The position numbers were made by a program, and so were the translations under genes. From assembly GCA_964576755.1 (NCBI GenBank), contig CAZNUV010000001.1, positions 40,883 through 104,882 of the forward strand: 64,000 nt of DNA, given 5' to 3'. The stretch is from Candidatus Woesearchaeota archaeon. GTDB taxonomy: Archaea; Nanobdellota; Nanobdellia; Pacearchaeales; GW2011-AR1. Positions 1 through 8,541 of the stretch are shown here, one piece after another. The notes beneath the pieces are model-generated. The model was not told the DNA's origin, made no database searches, and was given only the letters and a program-made list of their open reading frames with translations. Numbering within the stretch: the stretch's first letter is position 1; each line of letters starts with the position of its first letter.

Positions 1-395
1 AAAAGATGGATTGGTTCAAAATAAAATGAACCAAACATAAAGACTAAAACAACAATTCTAAGGACATTAATTATAAACAGCAGGGAAAAGCTAAAAACTA
101 GAATTAAAGCATGTTTAATAGGCTTTAAATCAGAAATAGACATAATCAGTATGAACAATAGATAATATGCAGAACCTGCAACACATGCAGGAATTATCTG
201 AAAAATAATCCCTTGATAGAAAATTATATTCCCAAAAAGAGTAGTATTCCCAAAAATACTTATAATTTTAGAAACAAGAAAGATTGTTGGACTTGTAAAT
301 AATTTATAAAAAATCCAGATATTAAAAAGTCCAAAAAACAAGATTATAATGTATCTGAAAATAAGAGTTATAATCTTTTTTTTTATAGAATCCAT
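1..395 (-). CDS. archaeosortase/exosortase family transpeptidase, partial (C-terminus beyond window start)
   Basis: Hand translation of the reverse strand from ATG at 395 gives MDSIKKKIITLIFRYIIILFFGLF...IIPACVAGSAYYLL...NVLRIVVLVF. It is a polytopic membrane protein. It carries an exosortase/archaeosortase-like active-site Cys motif (PAC-x-G-S) and a conserved N-x-x-R motif. Not in the ORF track because it runs off the window. Confidence 0.6.
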   Translation of the reverse strand, partial: MDSIKKKIITLIFRYIIILFFGLFNIWIFYKLFTSPTIFLVSKIISIFGNTTLFGNIIFYQGIIFQIIPACVAGSAYYLLFILIMSISDLKPIKHALILVFSFSLLFIINVLRIVVLVFMFGSFYFEPIHL

Positions 396-478
396 ATAAA
401 ACAAAGAGAATTTATGTTTAAATAAGTTTCATAGGATAAAAAAATATTCCTTAAAACAAAAAAAAAGATTTAGAAGAA

Positions 479-2107
479 TTAAAATTCTTGGTGAGCTGGT
501 CTACTAGCAAGTTTTACTATTAAAACTATTACTATTAAAACTAAAAGAGCAATTATTCCAATAAGTAAAAATGCTCCTGCTGTTCCTAAGTTTTCTCCAA
601 GATTAGATAACCCTGCAAAACTTCCTGTAAACAATCCTGTTTTCTCTTCTATTGTTACTGTAACGGGTTGTGTCTTTGTTTGCCCATTAGAGATAACATT
701 AATTGTAAAAGATTGTGATCCTGAAACAGTTGGTCTTAATTTTATTACAACCTGACTTGTTTGATCTTGACCAATTGAACTAATTGAAGGGTCTACACTA
801 ACTAATTCTGCCCAAGATTCATATCCTGTTGGACTTACAATAAATTCTGAAGATGTATCTCTGTTAGTGATACTTACTTCAATACTCATTTCTTCTCCAA
901 CTTTTGCACCAGATAAAAGCCTAGCATTAATAACTGGTTCATCCCCAGTACAACTACCTAAGACCTTTAAATAGTATTCAAAGTCATCTTTTTCATCTGA
1001 GCTTTTATCATACTCATCGTCCTTATCATCATATTTAAACTCAGTTGTAAGTATAAATTTGTAAGATTTTTCATCTGCATTTTTTGGAATGTTAAATGAA
1101 AAGTCTACAGTATCTGAATCTCCAGAATCAAGATTTTCTATTTCTTTTTCAAGAGTTATCCCTAATTCTTTATTATAAAAAATAACCTTAACCTTATCTT
1201 CATCTTCATCTCCAATGTTATAAACTTTTGCTTCTAAATTAATAACAGAACCACAAGTTGTTGTGTCTACTGCATCTACTTCTTTAACAAGAACATCATT
1301 TCTGTTTTTATCAATAGAAACTGTTTCTTCTGTGCCTATTTCTTCTGCTCTTAAACTTGCACATTGTTTGTCTTCATCTCCATCTTCATAAACTTTAGCA
1401 TAGATTCTATAATTGCTTCCATCATTAACATCTGCAGAAATTTGGAAATTAAATGTTACTTTTTTAGATTCTCCATCATCTAAGCCTACTTCTTGTTCTA
1501 AATCATCTTCATCAGTTGCCCAATCACTAACTTCTTTTCCACTTGAATCAACTAAAATTAAGGCTACAATAGTATCAATATTATCATCATCATTTAAATT
1601 TTCAATTTTAACATCTAGTTCTATATTATCTAATGGTCTCCATTCCCATTCTTTATCATTCTCATCTTTTCTATCTTTTATATATTCAACACTTAATTCT
1701 GTTCCAACTTCACCATATTTACAAAACTCATAACCACTAGAGTCTGGTAAAATAGTTAATTTTCTTGTTTCAGAAGTAGCATCTGTAAGAGGGCCATCAC
1801 AATAAATATTCCAAGTATGATTTCCAATTGCAAGATTATTTGCAGTAATTGTATTTGTAGTTGTTTCATCAATAGCTGAAGTAGAAGAATAATGTAAACC
1901 ATCAATATTTAAATCACAAGTATAGTCTTCACCAGAAGTTACTGAAGAAAATCCAAATGTAAAACTAACATCTCTAGACATTGTTGTAGATCCATTTACT
2001 GGTGAAACCAAATTAATGCTAAAAGAGGGAACCGCACTTGTTAAAGTTAAACTTAAAACTAGTAATGCAAATATTCCGAAAAATGTGAACAATTTTTTGT
2101 TTTCCAT
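479..2107 (-). CDS. secreted acidic cell-surface protein (CARDB/Ig-like repeats) with Thr/Ser-rich linker and C-terminal TM anchor; candidate archaeosortase substrate
   Basis: N-terminal signal peptide (FGIFALLVLSLTLTSA). D/E-rich beta-rich repeats. C-terminus reads ...TGLFTGSFAGLSNLGENLGTAGAFLLIGIIALLVLIVIVLIVKLASRPAHQEF, a hydrophobic helix plus basic tail resembling PGF-CTERM-type sorting signals. Lies immediately upstream of, and co-oriented with, the archaeosortase gene. Confidence 0.7.
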   Translation of the reverse strand: MENKKLFTFFGIFALLVLSLTLTSAVPSFSINLVSPVNGSTTMSRDVSFTFGFSSVTSGEDYTCDLNIDGLHYSSTSAIDETTTNTITANNLAIGNHTWNIYCDGPLTDATSETRKLTILPDSSGYEFCKYGEVGTELSVEYIKDRKDENDKEWEWRPLDNIELDVKIENLNDDDNIDTIVALILVDSSGKEVSDWATDEDDLEQEVGLDDGESKKVTFNFQISADVNDGSNYRIYAKVYEDGDEDKQCASLRAEEIGTEETVSIDKNRNDVLVKEVDAVDTTTCGSVINLEAKVYNIGDEDEDKVKVIFYNKELGITLEKEIENLDSGDSDTVDFSFNIPKNADEKSYKFILTTEFKYDDKDDEYDKSSDEKDDFEYYLKVLGSCTGDEPVINARLLSGAKVGEEMSIEVSITNRDTSSEFIVSPTGYESWAELVSVDPSISSIGQDQTSQVVIKLRPTVSGSQSFTINVISNGQTKTQPVTVTIEEKTGLFTGSFAGLSNLGENLGTAGAFLLIGIIALLVLIVIVLIVKLASRPAHQEF

Positions 2108-2254
2108 TTTGTTTTTGTTGTAATTCCATAATTATAACACCTTTATAAATGTTTCGATTAGTTCGATTTTATTAGAACCTGCCCGACGAGAATAGTGTTT
2201 TAGTAAGGTTTATAAAATTTAAAATTCTATTAAATCAATAAGGAACGATTAAAA

Positions 2255-2635
2255 ATGGTAAAGTCAAGAGAAAATTTAATTAGTGCATGGGCTTTCTTAA
2301 TTGGAGTAGTTTTAGCTATTCTAATTGGGATTTTTCAAAGAGTACTTGGCGGACCTTCAAGACTAATTATAAGTATTGTTTACACTGTTCTAGTTCTTTT
2401 AGGTTTATTGGTTGGTTTTCTAGTTGAAGGGGATAAAGACTCTACTACTTTTCTAATTGCAGCTCTTGCCTTAGTGATTGTAAGTGGTCTTGGCAAGGAT
2501 AGTCTAATATACATCTCTAATTTAAGTCCAATTACCTCCTATTTAAGTGAGGTTCTCTCTGCACTATTAATAATGTTTGTTCCAGCTACAATAATTGCAG
2601 CATTAAAAACAGTTTTCTCAATTACAAGTATATAG
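2255..2635 (+). CDS. small integral membrane protein, hypothetical
   Basis: 126-aa ORF with 3-4 predicted TM helices. Preceded by a TATA-like ggtttataaaat and an SD-like aagga. No antisense competitor. Confidence 0.5.
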   Translation: MVKSRENLISAWAFLIGVVLAILIGIFQRVLGGPSRLIISIVYTVLVLLGLLVGFLVEGDKDSTTFLIAALALVIVSGLGKDSLIYISNLSPITSYLSEVLSALLIMFVPATIIAALKTVFSITSI

Positions 2636-2727
2636 AGTTAATTTGGCCGGATTAGATAAAATGCCCTACTACTCCCATTATATACTATCTAAGAATCCTT
2701 ACCTATATTATAGGGTTATTATAAAGA

Positions 2728-3429
2728 TTAAAGAAATTCCAATAAGTCTGTATAATTTATTATCTTGGGACTATCTAATGCAAGACCATAGCAGGCAGTA
2801 TTAATATATATAGGAATATCAAAGTTTTCTAATTCTGAGAGATTTATACTATCTGTTTCAAATACATAGAGTTTCTTAGATTTATACTTATTCTGAATCT
2901 TTTTCTTTAAATTTTCTAAATTTTTATAAAATTGGCCAGATTTTGTTGAAACAAGAATGCCTATTTTATTAGACATAAGAAACTTTGTTATTTTCCCTTG
3001 AGTTTTTTGATGATATTTCTTGAGATCATTATTAGTGATTTTATCTAATTGATTGTTAACTACACTGTATACATAGAGTTCTTTGTTTAGTTGAATAGCA
3101 TTATTTATTGCATGGAATCTTCCATCTGTTAAAAGTAAAAAACAATCTGCATTTGGATTAAAAGCTTGACTTTGACATCCAAGAACATGTGATTTATGAT
3201 AAGCGCCTTGTTGAATTAGGACTTTTTTTGGGTTTTTTTTACTTGTTTCAAGATATTTTTTAACAATTAGAACTAAATCTAAATATTGAACTGTTGCAGC
3301 CAGAGAGATAATCTCTCCTGGAAGTTTATCCAAACCAGAAAGGTTTATACTCTCTTTTTTTGAGAATTTTCTTCTCGCTTCTATAAACACTACTTTCTGG
3401 TTTTTTGTATTTATTTTTAAGTTTTTCAT
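2728..3429 (-). CDS. dph2: 2-(3-amino-3-carboxypropyl)histidine synthase (diphthamide synthesis Dph2) homolog with internal deletion of the domain-1 Cys-ligand segment
   Basis: Matches the archaeal Dph2 pattern: HVLGCQSQ (Cys163-like), DGRFHAINNA (GIFHPLGLA-like), NTACYGLALDSP (VACPRVPLDD-like, Cys287). Only 233 aa versus about 340. The stretch that normally carries the first Cys ligand appears absent. Confidence 0.5.
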   Translation of the reverse strand: MKNLKINTKNQKVVFIEARRKFSKKESINLSGLDKLPGEIISLAATVQYLDLVLIVKKYLETSKKNPKKVLIQQGAYHKSHVLGCQSQAFNPNADCFLLLTDGRFHAINNAIQLNKELYVYSVVNNQLDKITNNDLKKYHQKTQGKITKFLMSNKIGILVSTKSGQFYKNLENLKKKIQNKYKSKKLYVFETDSINLSELENFDIPIYINTACYGLALDSPKIINYTDLLEFL

Positions 3430-3486
3430 AAAATACTCACAAAAAGGATATTTATTAAGCTAACTAAAATGATAAAATTAACTAGA

Positions 3487-3876
3487 TTAGAATCTTTCAA
3501 GACTACTAGATTTTGATTTTTCAGGCATGCTCTCACCTTTCTTTATTCTAACAAAAGAAGGTGTTGCAATAACGGTGTTTTCTCCAAATCCTGCAATAGA
3601 CCCGTCAAGAGCCTCTACTGTTTTTTTAATCTTAGATATTACTCTTTTTAATTCAACTACATCTTTCTGTTTTAAAGGCCGGATATCAACAACCGCAATA
3701 GTGTATCCTTCTCTTAAAGCATTTAGAATTTCATTAACATCCTCATACTGTTTTAAAACAAAAGTTTTAACAATAACCTTAGAATCCTCTTTATCTTGTC
3801 CAACATCAATTTCAATGAATTCTGGACCTATTTCTTCTTCCTTCCCCAACATCCTTTTTAATCTGTCTAAAACCAT
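3487..3876 (-). CDS. sepF: cell division protein SepF-like (FtsZ-interacting)
   Basis: 129 aa. DUF552/SepF-like core (EILNALREGYTIAVVDIRPL...). FtsZ lies in the same region. Confidence 0.55.
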   Translation of the reverse strand: MVLDRLKRMLGKEEEIGPEFIEIDVGQDKEDSKVIVKTFVLKQYEDVNEILNALREGYTIAVVDIRPLKQKDVVELKRVISKIKKTVEALDGSIAGFGENTVIATPSFVRIKKGESMPEKSKSSSLERF

Positions 3877-3920
3877 ATTAAAACTTAAAACTTTTTGTAT
3901 TTAAAGATTTCTATACTCTA

Positions 3921-4343
3921 CTATTTATTTATTATTTTTTTTGTTATCTCATCCCTAAGAGATTCTAGTTTTTCATAAAATTCTTTTTCTTGTTTATCAA
4001 TATTTTTCAACCTTAATTCAAGAAGTTTTTTCTTTTCTCCGAGGTCTTTTTGTAATTTTTCTTTAGTTGTTTTTATTATAATCTGTCCACCAACTACCTT
4101 AAAGACATCATCCTCGGTCTTTTCTAATTCGTTTAATGCAAAATTAGAAGAATCTAGTTCCATATTAAATGATTGTTTTTGCATTAATAGTTGTTGTAAA
4201 TTTTGTTCAAGGATTTGCATCTCCTGTATCTTTACTTTTGTTTCTTCATCTAAATTTGCAAGAGGATTAGAGTTTCTTTGAATATTCTCGTCTTCCATTT
4301 CGTCGTTTTCTTCTGAATCGGATTTGTTATGTTTGTCTTCCAT
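3921..4343 (-). CDS. pfdB: prefoldin subunit beta
   Basis: Coiled-coil, beta-hairpin, coiled-coil pattern (QEMQILEQNLQQLLMQKQ ... VFKVVGGQIIIKTTKEKL ... LELRLKNIDKQEKEF). Sits in the conserved archaeal L37Ae-RpoP-PfdB arrangement. Confidence 0.75.
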   Translation of the reverse strand: MEDKHNKSDSEENDEMEDENIQRNSNPLANLDEETKVKIQEMQILEQNLQQLLMQKQSFNMELDSSNFALNELEKTEDDVFKVVGGQIIIKTTKEKLQKDLGEKKKLLELRLKNIDKQEKEFYEKLESLRDEITKKIINK

Positions 4344-4480
4344 TATACTGCTTTAACTGTTTTCATTTTGGTCCTTGGTTTGAAAAAAATCCTTGAACCA
4401 CAATGAGGGCAAACAAACCTTTTCTGAAGACTTATAACAGTTATCTTAGTTCCACATTCAAAACATTTATATGATGCCAT
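4343..4480 (-). CDS. rpoP: DNA-directed RNA polymerase subunit P (RpoP/Rpc10), zinc ribbon
   Basis: Hand translation: MASYKCFECGTKITVISLQKRFVCPHCGSRIFFKPRTKMKTVKAV. CxxCG...CPxCGsrIfyKPR matches RpoP. Its stop overlaps the prefoldin start by 1 nt. Absent from the ORF track (45 aa). Confidence 0.75.
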   Translation of the reverse strand: MASYKCFECGTKITVISLQKRFVCPHCGSRIFFKPRTKMKTVKAV

Positions 4481-4514
4481 TTTATTTAGTGTTATTTTAA
4501 ATTTATAAGGTTAT

Positions 4515-4724
4515 TTATAAATGAAAAGCTCCCCCAGTGAATTTCTTTTTACATTTAACACAAAACCAAATCCCTTTTTCTAATCTTTTTGCTCTTCCTT
4601 TACAAAAAGGACAAGGCTGTTTCTTTCTCTGTATTGCTTCTACAGCTGAAAGCTTTTTTTTAGGTCGGCCATATCCTGCACCGAATCTTCCTGCAGAACC
4701 AATTTTTTTCTTTTTTACGCCCAT
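4515..4724 (-). CDS. rpl37ae: 50S ribosomal protein L37Ae (L43e)
   Basis: MGVKKKKIGSAGRFGAGYGRPKKK...CPFCKG...WFCVKCKKKFTGGAF is the zinc-ribbon L37Ae signature. Confidence 0.85.
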   Translation of the reverse strand: MGVKKKKIGSAGRFGAGYGRPKKKLSAVEAIQRKKQPCPFCKGRAKRLEKGIWFCVKCKKKFTGGAFHL

Positions 4725-4795
4725 GTTGATTTTATGTTTTTCTGATCTATTTTAGTTTATTTTTTATTTTATCCTATGCTTTTAAAGTTATGGTA

Positions 4796-4868
4796 TGGGG
4801 CTACCCGGATTTGAACCGGGGTCACAAGCTCCCAAAGCTCGAAGGCTACCAAGCTACCCCATAGCCCC
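4796..4868 (-). tRNA. tRNA-Pro (anticodon TGG)
   Basis: Reverse complement GGGGCTATGGGGTAGCTTGGTAGCCTTCGAGCTTTGGGAGCTTGTGACCCCGGTTCAAATCCGGGTAGCCCCA. Acceptor GGGGCTA/TAGCCCC, anticodon stem CGAGC/GCTTG, loop TTTGGGA (anticodon TGG), T-arm CCCGG-TTCAAAT-CCGGG, no encoded CCA. TATA tttataaata lies about 28 nt upstream. Confidence 0.9.
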
Positions 4869-4920
4869 ATAATTTGATTAGTATTATACTATTTATAAAT
4901 ATGATTCTATAATATTAAAA

Positions 4921-5583
4921 TTATTTTTTAGCTGGTTCTTTTTTTACTTCAGTAGGTTTAACACCAGCTTTTGCAGTAGCCTCTGCATTTTTCTCTTCTT
5001 CAACCTTTTTCTCTTCTTCCTCTTTCTTCTTCTTTGCTTCTTGTTGTGCATTTATATTCGCAAAATAATCATCAAGTTCTTTTCTTTTTTCAGGAGAAAC
5101 TTCTGTTCTCTGTTGTTCTATTTCTTCTTTATATTCTCCCTGTTCTATTAATTCTAAAATTTCTTTAGGATCCTTACTTTCGATTAATACACCCATAGCA
5201 AGGCAAGTTCCTATTACAGATTTTAATGCGGAAATAAATTCTTTTGCAAGCATGTATTGTTGTTTTATTTTTGTAACAGAAATAATTTGTTCTATTGCAA
5301 GGTTTCCCACTACAACTTTTAATCTTTCTCCAGAAGCAGTTTCTATTTTTAATTCTTTTTTTATTAATCCTGAAGTAGGGGGAGACATAACTTTTATTTT
5401 AAATTTTTTAGTTTTTGTATCAACATCTAAATGTACTGGAACTGTCATTCCCTTAAATTCTTGTGTTGCAGCATTTACATCAGAGATAACTTTACCCATA
5501 TTAATCCCCATTGGACCTAATTGTTGTGCAATCGCTGGGCCTGGAGTCATATTCCCGCCTTCAATTAATAATTTAACTATCAT
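4921..5583 (-). CDS. rpl11: 50S ribosomal protein L11 with about 65-aa K/E-rich C-terminal extension
   Basis: GGNMTPGPAIAQQLGPMGINMGKV...MSPPTSGLIKKELKIETASGE is the L11 N- and C-domain signature. A low-complexity KKKKEEEEKKVEEEK tail follows. Confidence 0.85.
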   Translation of the reverse strand: MIVKLLIEGGNMTPGPAIAQQLGPMGINMGKVISDVNAATQEFKGMTVPVHLDVDTKTKKFKIKVMSPPTSGLIKKELKIETASGERLKVVVGNLAIEQIISVTKIKQQYMLAKEFISALKSVIGTCLAMGVLIESKDPKEILELIEQGEYKEEIEQQRTEVSPEKRKELDDYFANINAQQEAKKKKEEEEKKVEEEKNAEATAKAGVKPTEVKKEPAKK

Positions 5584-5613
5584 CTTATTATTCTAGAAAG
5601 TTCATTTAAAAAC

Positions 5614-6279
5614 TTAATCCTCTAGCTCGCCTCCTTCTTCTCTTCTAATTACTCTAATATTATCTAATTTGACTGTTACTGGAATTGGAACTGTTGCTCC
5701 AAGCAATGAAACCACTGCCTCTCCTTTTGTTTTATCAATCCTAACTACTTTTGCTTTTTCTTTTTTGAATGGTTCTGAAATTATCTCGATGATATCATTT
5801 TTTTCTATTTTAATATCTGCAGTAATCGGTTCTAACATTGGTTTTACTTCTTCATAAGAAATTATTTTAGGGATTATCCCTTTCACATAAGGCAGATTAA
5901 AAACTGCTTCTTCTGCATTATCTCTATCTGGAGCTTCTAATAAAATATATCCTCTCAATCCATGGGGCCGTGCAATAGAATAAACATTTATATTTTTCTT
6001 TTTAATTTTATCCGCAACCATATCTAAAGCTTTATCTTCTTTATTTGTAGTAACTTTAACAACATAAATATGACTAATTGTTTTTTCTCTAGGTAATTCT
6101 GATTTTACTTCATCGTCTTTTGAATCTGAAGATGTTCCAGATTTTGTATCTTCATCAATACTATCCAGTTCTGATTCTTCTTCTAACTCTTCTTCTGGAA
6201 CTACAATTTCCTCGTCAGAAGAATCTACAATTAAATCGTCAGTTTCATCCATTTTCTTATTTTTTTCTATTTCATCCAT
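5614..6279 (-). CDS. spt5: transcription elongation factor Spt5 (NusG homolog) with acidic N-terminal extension
   Basis: NGN domain (IYVVKVTTNKEDKALDMV...GYILLEA) and KOW domain (KGEAVVSLLGATVPIPVTVK). Conserved position downstream of secE and upstream of L11. About 65 aa of D/E-rich N-terminus. Confidence 0.85.
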   Translation of the reverse strand: MDEIEKNKKMDETDDLIVDSSDEEIVVPEEELEEESELDSIDEDTKSGTSSDSKDDEVKSELPREKTISHIYVVKVTTNKEDKALDMVADKIKKKNINVYSIARPHGLRGYILLEAPDRDNAEEAVFNLPYVKGIIPKIISYEEVKPMLEPITADIKIEKNDIIEIISEPFKKEKAKVVRIDKTKGEAVVSLLGATVPIPVTVKLDNIRVIRREEGGELED

Positions 6280-6420
6280 TTTTCTAGGTTATTTTTATTT
6301 TTATTTTGTTCCAACTAATTCTTAATAATCTAAGAACTAGATAATATTTATAGATTTAAATGGTTTTTAAAGTTTACGGACCTATAAAATCGAGATAAAT
6401 TAAAACCCTGATTAAAAGTA

Positions 6421-6597
6421 TTAAAATGCAAGGTTTATTGTTACAGAAATAACAAACCCAATTGCTCCAATTAATAATAAACCAAGTGCAGAAACTTTTG
6501 AAATTGTTTTAAATTCCTGCATAGTTGGCTTTTTTAGAATTCTCCAAACACGTTTATATTGATTAAAATTATTGTTTATCCAAGATAATGCTTTCAT
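6421..6597 (-). CDS. secE: protein translocase subunit SecE (Sec61 gamma)
   Basis: Hand translation: MKALSWINNNFNQYKRVWRILKKPTMQEFKTISKVSALGLLLIGAIGFVISVTINLAF (58 aa, single C-terminal TM). Conserved position upstream of spt5. Not in the ORF track. Confidence 0.75.
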   Translation of the reverse strand: MKALSWINNNFNQYKRVWRILKKPTMQEFKTISKVSALGLLLIGAIGFVISVTINLAF

Positions 6598-6621
6598 GAT
6601 TTTGTTAAGAAATCGGGGTTT

Positions 6622-6927
6622 TTAAGTTTGTTTATTAAGATTTTTTATCTTCTTATTCTTTTGTTCAGAAGTGGTAAAATCAAGACGTGCACTACTTACT
6701 AAGTCAGATATATCTGGGAAAATATCAAGACGAGAACCAACCACCATATTCCCAGGACTGACATAACTTGGCTCAAATCCTAAAATAATCTTAGATATAT
6801 TTAACAAAAAATGGGGTTTATAGCTCCAAGATTCTTGTTTCCATTCAGCAGTCTGCTCTTTTATTTTGGGAACTCGATTTTTATAAGCTTCTGCAAAAAA
6901 TTTTATTGTATCTTGTATATACTTCAT
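6622..6927 (-). CDS. hypothetical protein (between ftsZ and secE)
   Basis: 101-aa ORF co-directional with the ftsZ-secE-spt5-L11 cluster. No recognisable motif. Confidence 0.4.
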   Translation of the reverse strand: MKYIQDTIKFFAEAYKNRVPKIKEQTAEWKQESWSYKPHFLLNISKIILGFEPSYVSPGNMVVGSRLDIFPDISDLVSSARLDFTTSEQKNKKIKNLNKQT

Positions 6928-6928
6928 T

Positions 6929-8026
6929 TTATTCTTCTAAAAATTCAATCCCTAGCTCACTCTCCATCTCGTTTCTTTTAGCCTCTTCTATAGGAAGTTT
7001 TTCTCCAGAAATCTGACTTGATTTAACCCCAGTAATAATCACCATAACTCGTACTGATTTTTCTAAATCTTCTGCAATTTGAGAACCAGAAATTATTTTT
7101 GCGTCTGGAGAAAGTCTATCTCCAACATAAGATATAATTTTCTTATATTCTTCTAATTGTAAATCAGGTCCACCAATAACATTAATTAATGCTCCTGATG
7201 CATTTGAAATGTCTACATCTAATAAAGGATTATTCAATGCTTTTTCAATAGCTTCTTCAGCGCGATTATTTGAATCTGCTTCTCCAACACCAATAAGAGA
7301 TACGCCACCATTAGTCATCACTGCTTTGATATCTGCAAAATCTAAATTTACAAGACCTGAAGTTGTTACTAATTCTGTAATTCCTTTTACTGCATTTGTT
7401 AAAACTTCATCTGCAACCTTAAATGCTGTAGGTAATGGTAAATCTGGTGCTAATTCTAATAATTTATCATTTGGAATTACTATTAGGGTGTCTACAATAC
7501 CTTCTAATCTTTCTAATCCTTCCATTGCATTTTCAATTCTTTTTCTCCCCTCAACACTAAATGGCAATGTAACAACCCCTATTGTTAAGGCTCCTTGCTT
7601 TTTTGCAATTTCTGCTACAACTGGAGCAGCTCCTGTACCTGTTCCCCCACCTAACCCGCATGTAACAAATACCATATCTGCATTTGCTATTTTCTTTTTT
7701 ATCTCTTGCATTGATTCTCTTGCTGCTTCTGCACCAATTCTTGGATTAGAACCAGAGCCTAGGCCCCGAGATATTTCTCTACCAATTAAAATTTTCTTGT
7801 CTGCATTTGCATAAAGAAGGTCTTGTGCATCTGTGTTAATTGCAATAATTTCCCCACCCTTTATTCCAATCTCTCTCATTCTAGAAACAGTATTTCCTCC
7901 AGCCCCACCAACACCAATTACCTTAATACGTGCAGATTGTTTTTTCAATAATTCTTCTAATTCTCTATCAATATTCATATTTTCTGAACTTGAACTAAAA
8001 TTAGTTACCTCTTCAAACTCTTCCAT
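6929..8026 (-). CDS. ftsZ: cell division GTPase FtsZ
   Basis: GVGGAGGNTV, tubulin signature CGLGGGTGTGAAPV, T7 loop NLDFADIKAVM. Confidence 0.95.
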   Translation of the reverse strand: MEEFEEVTNFSSSSENMNIDRELEELLKKQSARIKVIGVGGAGGNTVSRMREIGIKGGEIIAINTDAQDLLYANADKKILIGREISRGLGSGSNPRIGAEAARESMQEIKKKIANADMVFVTCGLGGGTGTGAAPVVAEIAKKQGALTIGVVTLPFSVEGRKRIENAMEGLERLEGIVDTLIVIPNDKLLELAPDLPLPTAFKVADEVLTNAVKGITELVTTSGLVNLDFADIKAVMTNGGVSLIGVGEADSNNRAEEAIEKALNNPLLDVDISNASGALINVIGGPDLQLEEYKKIISYVGDRLSPDAKIISGSQIAEDLEKSVRVMVIITGVKSSQISGEKLPIEEAKRNEMESELGIEFLEE

Positions 8027-8043
8027 TATTTTTTTAGAGGTTT

Positions 8044-8063
8044 AGGATTTATAAGGATTTATA
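8044..8063. repeat. tandem 10-mer (aggatttata x2) in the ftsZ upstream region, duplicated TATA-like element
   Basis: Direct read. Lies 18-37 nt upstream of the ftsZ start on the opposite strand. Confidence 0.7.
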
Positions 8064-8079
8064 GGCTTTAGTATTATAT

Positions 8080-8541
8080 ATGGTCTGCCTTAATAAAAAT
8101 TATAAAGAGTGTTTCCAGAACAAATTTATGGTAAGAATTGATAATCTTGTTCTTTTAACCCTAACTTCAATCCTATTGGTCTCTTCTAACGGGAAAAACA
8201 ATAAACCAAGTAAAGATAACACCCCAGTTAATTTAAAATATTTTAAACAGAATTTTGAGATAGAAGAACCTTATTTTCAGATTAACCATATATCCTCTGC
8301 TCAAAAAATTAATCCTGCGATATTTAATGCATGTTATGGAGACTATGATACTGTATTAAATAAATCAACTCAATATAGTACTTATTTAAAGATGAAATAT
8401 GAAGAAAATATTATGGCTATTCAAAATAGAATCAAACATTCAGGGATTTTTCCTTGTCCTGGACCTTCTCTTGCTCAATCTTCTTCTCATTTTCAGGTTT
8501 TTTCTCATCTACCTTATTTTCACCCTCTACAACAGCATTAA
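8080..8541 (+). CDS. hypothetical small secreted protein (uncertain)
   Basis: 153-aa ORF divergent from ftsZ with a hydrophobic N-terminal segment. Its 3' 110 nt overlap the convergent FKBP gene, so the true end is uncertain. Confidence 0.3.
   Translation: MVCLNKNYKECFQNKFMVRIDNLVLLTLTSILLVSSNGKNNKPSKDNTPVNLKYFKQNFEIEEPYFQINHISSAQKINPAIFNACYGDYDTVLNKSTQYSTYLKMKYEENIMAIQNRIKHSGIFPCPGPSLAQSSSHFQVFSHLPYFHPLQQH

Noticed and set aside
1413-1733. 106-aa + strand ORF inside the surface-protein gene
   Set aside because: Antisense to a well-supported 542-aa CDS. S/L/F-rich composition typical of shadow ORFs.
2139-2150. ACCTTTATAAAT element as the promoter of the 2255 membrane-protein gene
   Set aside because: It is about 105 nt from that ATG and about 39 nt from the divergent surface-protein start, so the assignment is ambiguous. 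The nearer ggtttataaaat at 2207-2218 fits better for 2255.
3527-8045. Several + strand ORFs (3527-3904, 4537-4755, 5252-5596, 5669-5857, 7209-7814, 7833-8045) overlapping sepF, L37Ae, L11, spt5 and ftsZ
   Set aside because: All lie antisense to genes with clear family signatures and have low-complexity hydrophobic composition.
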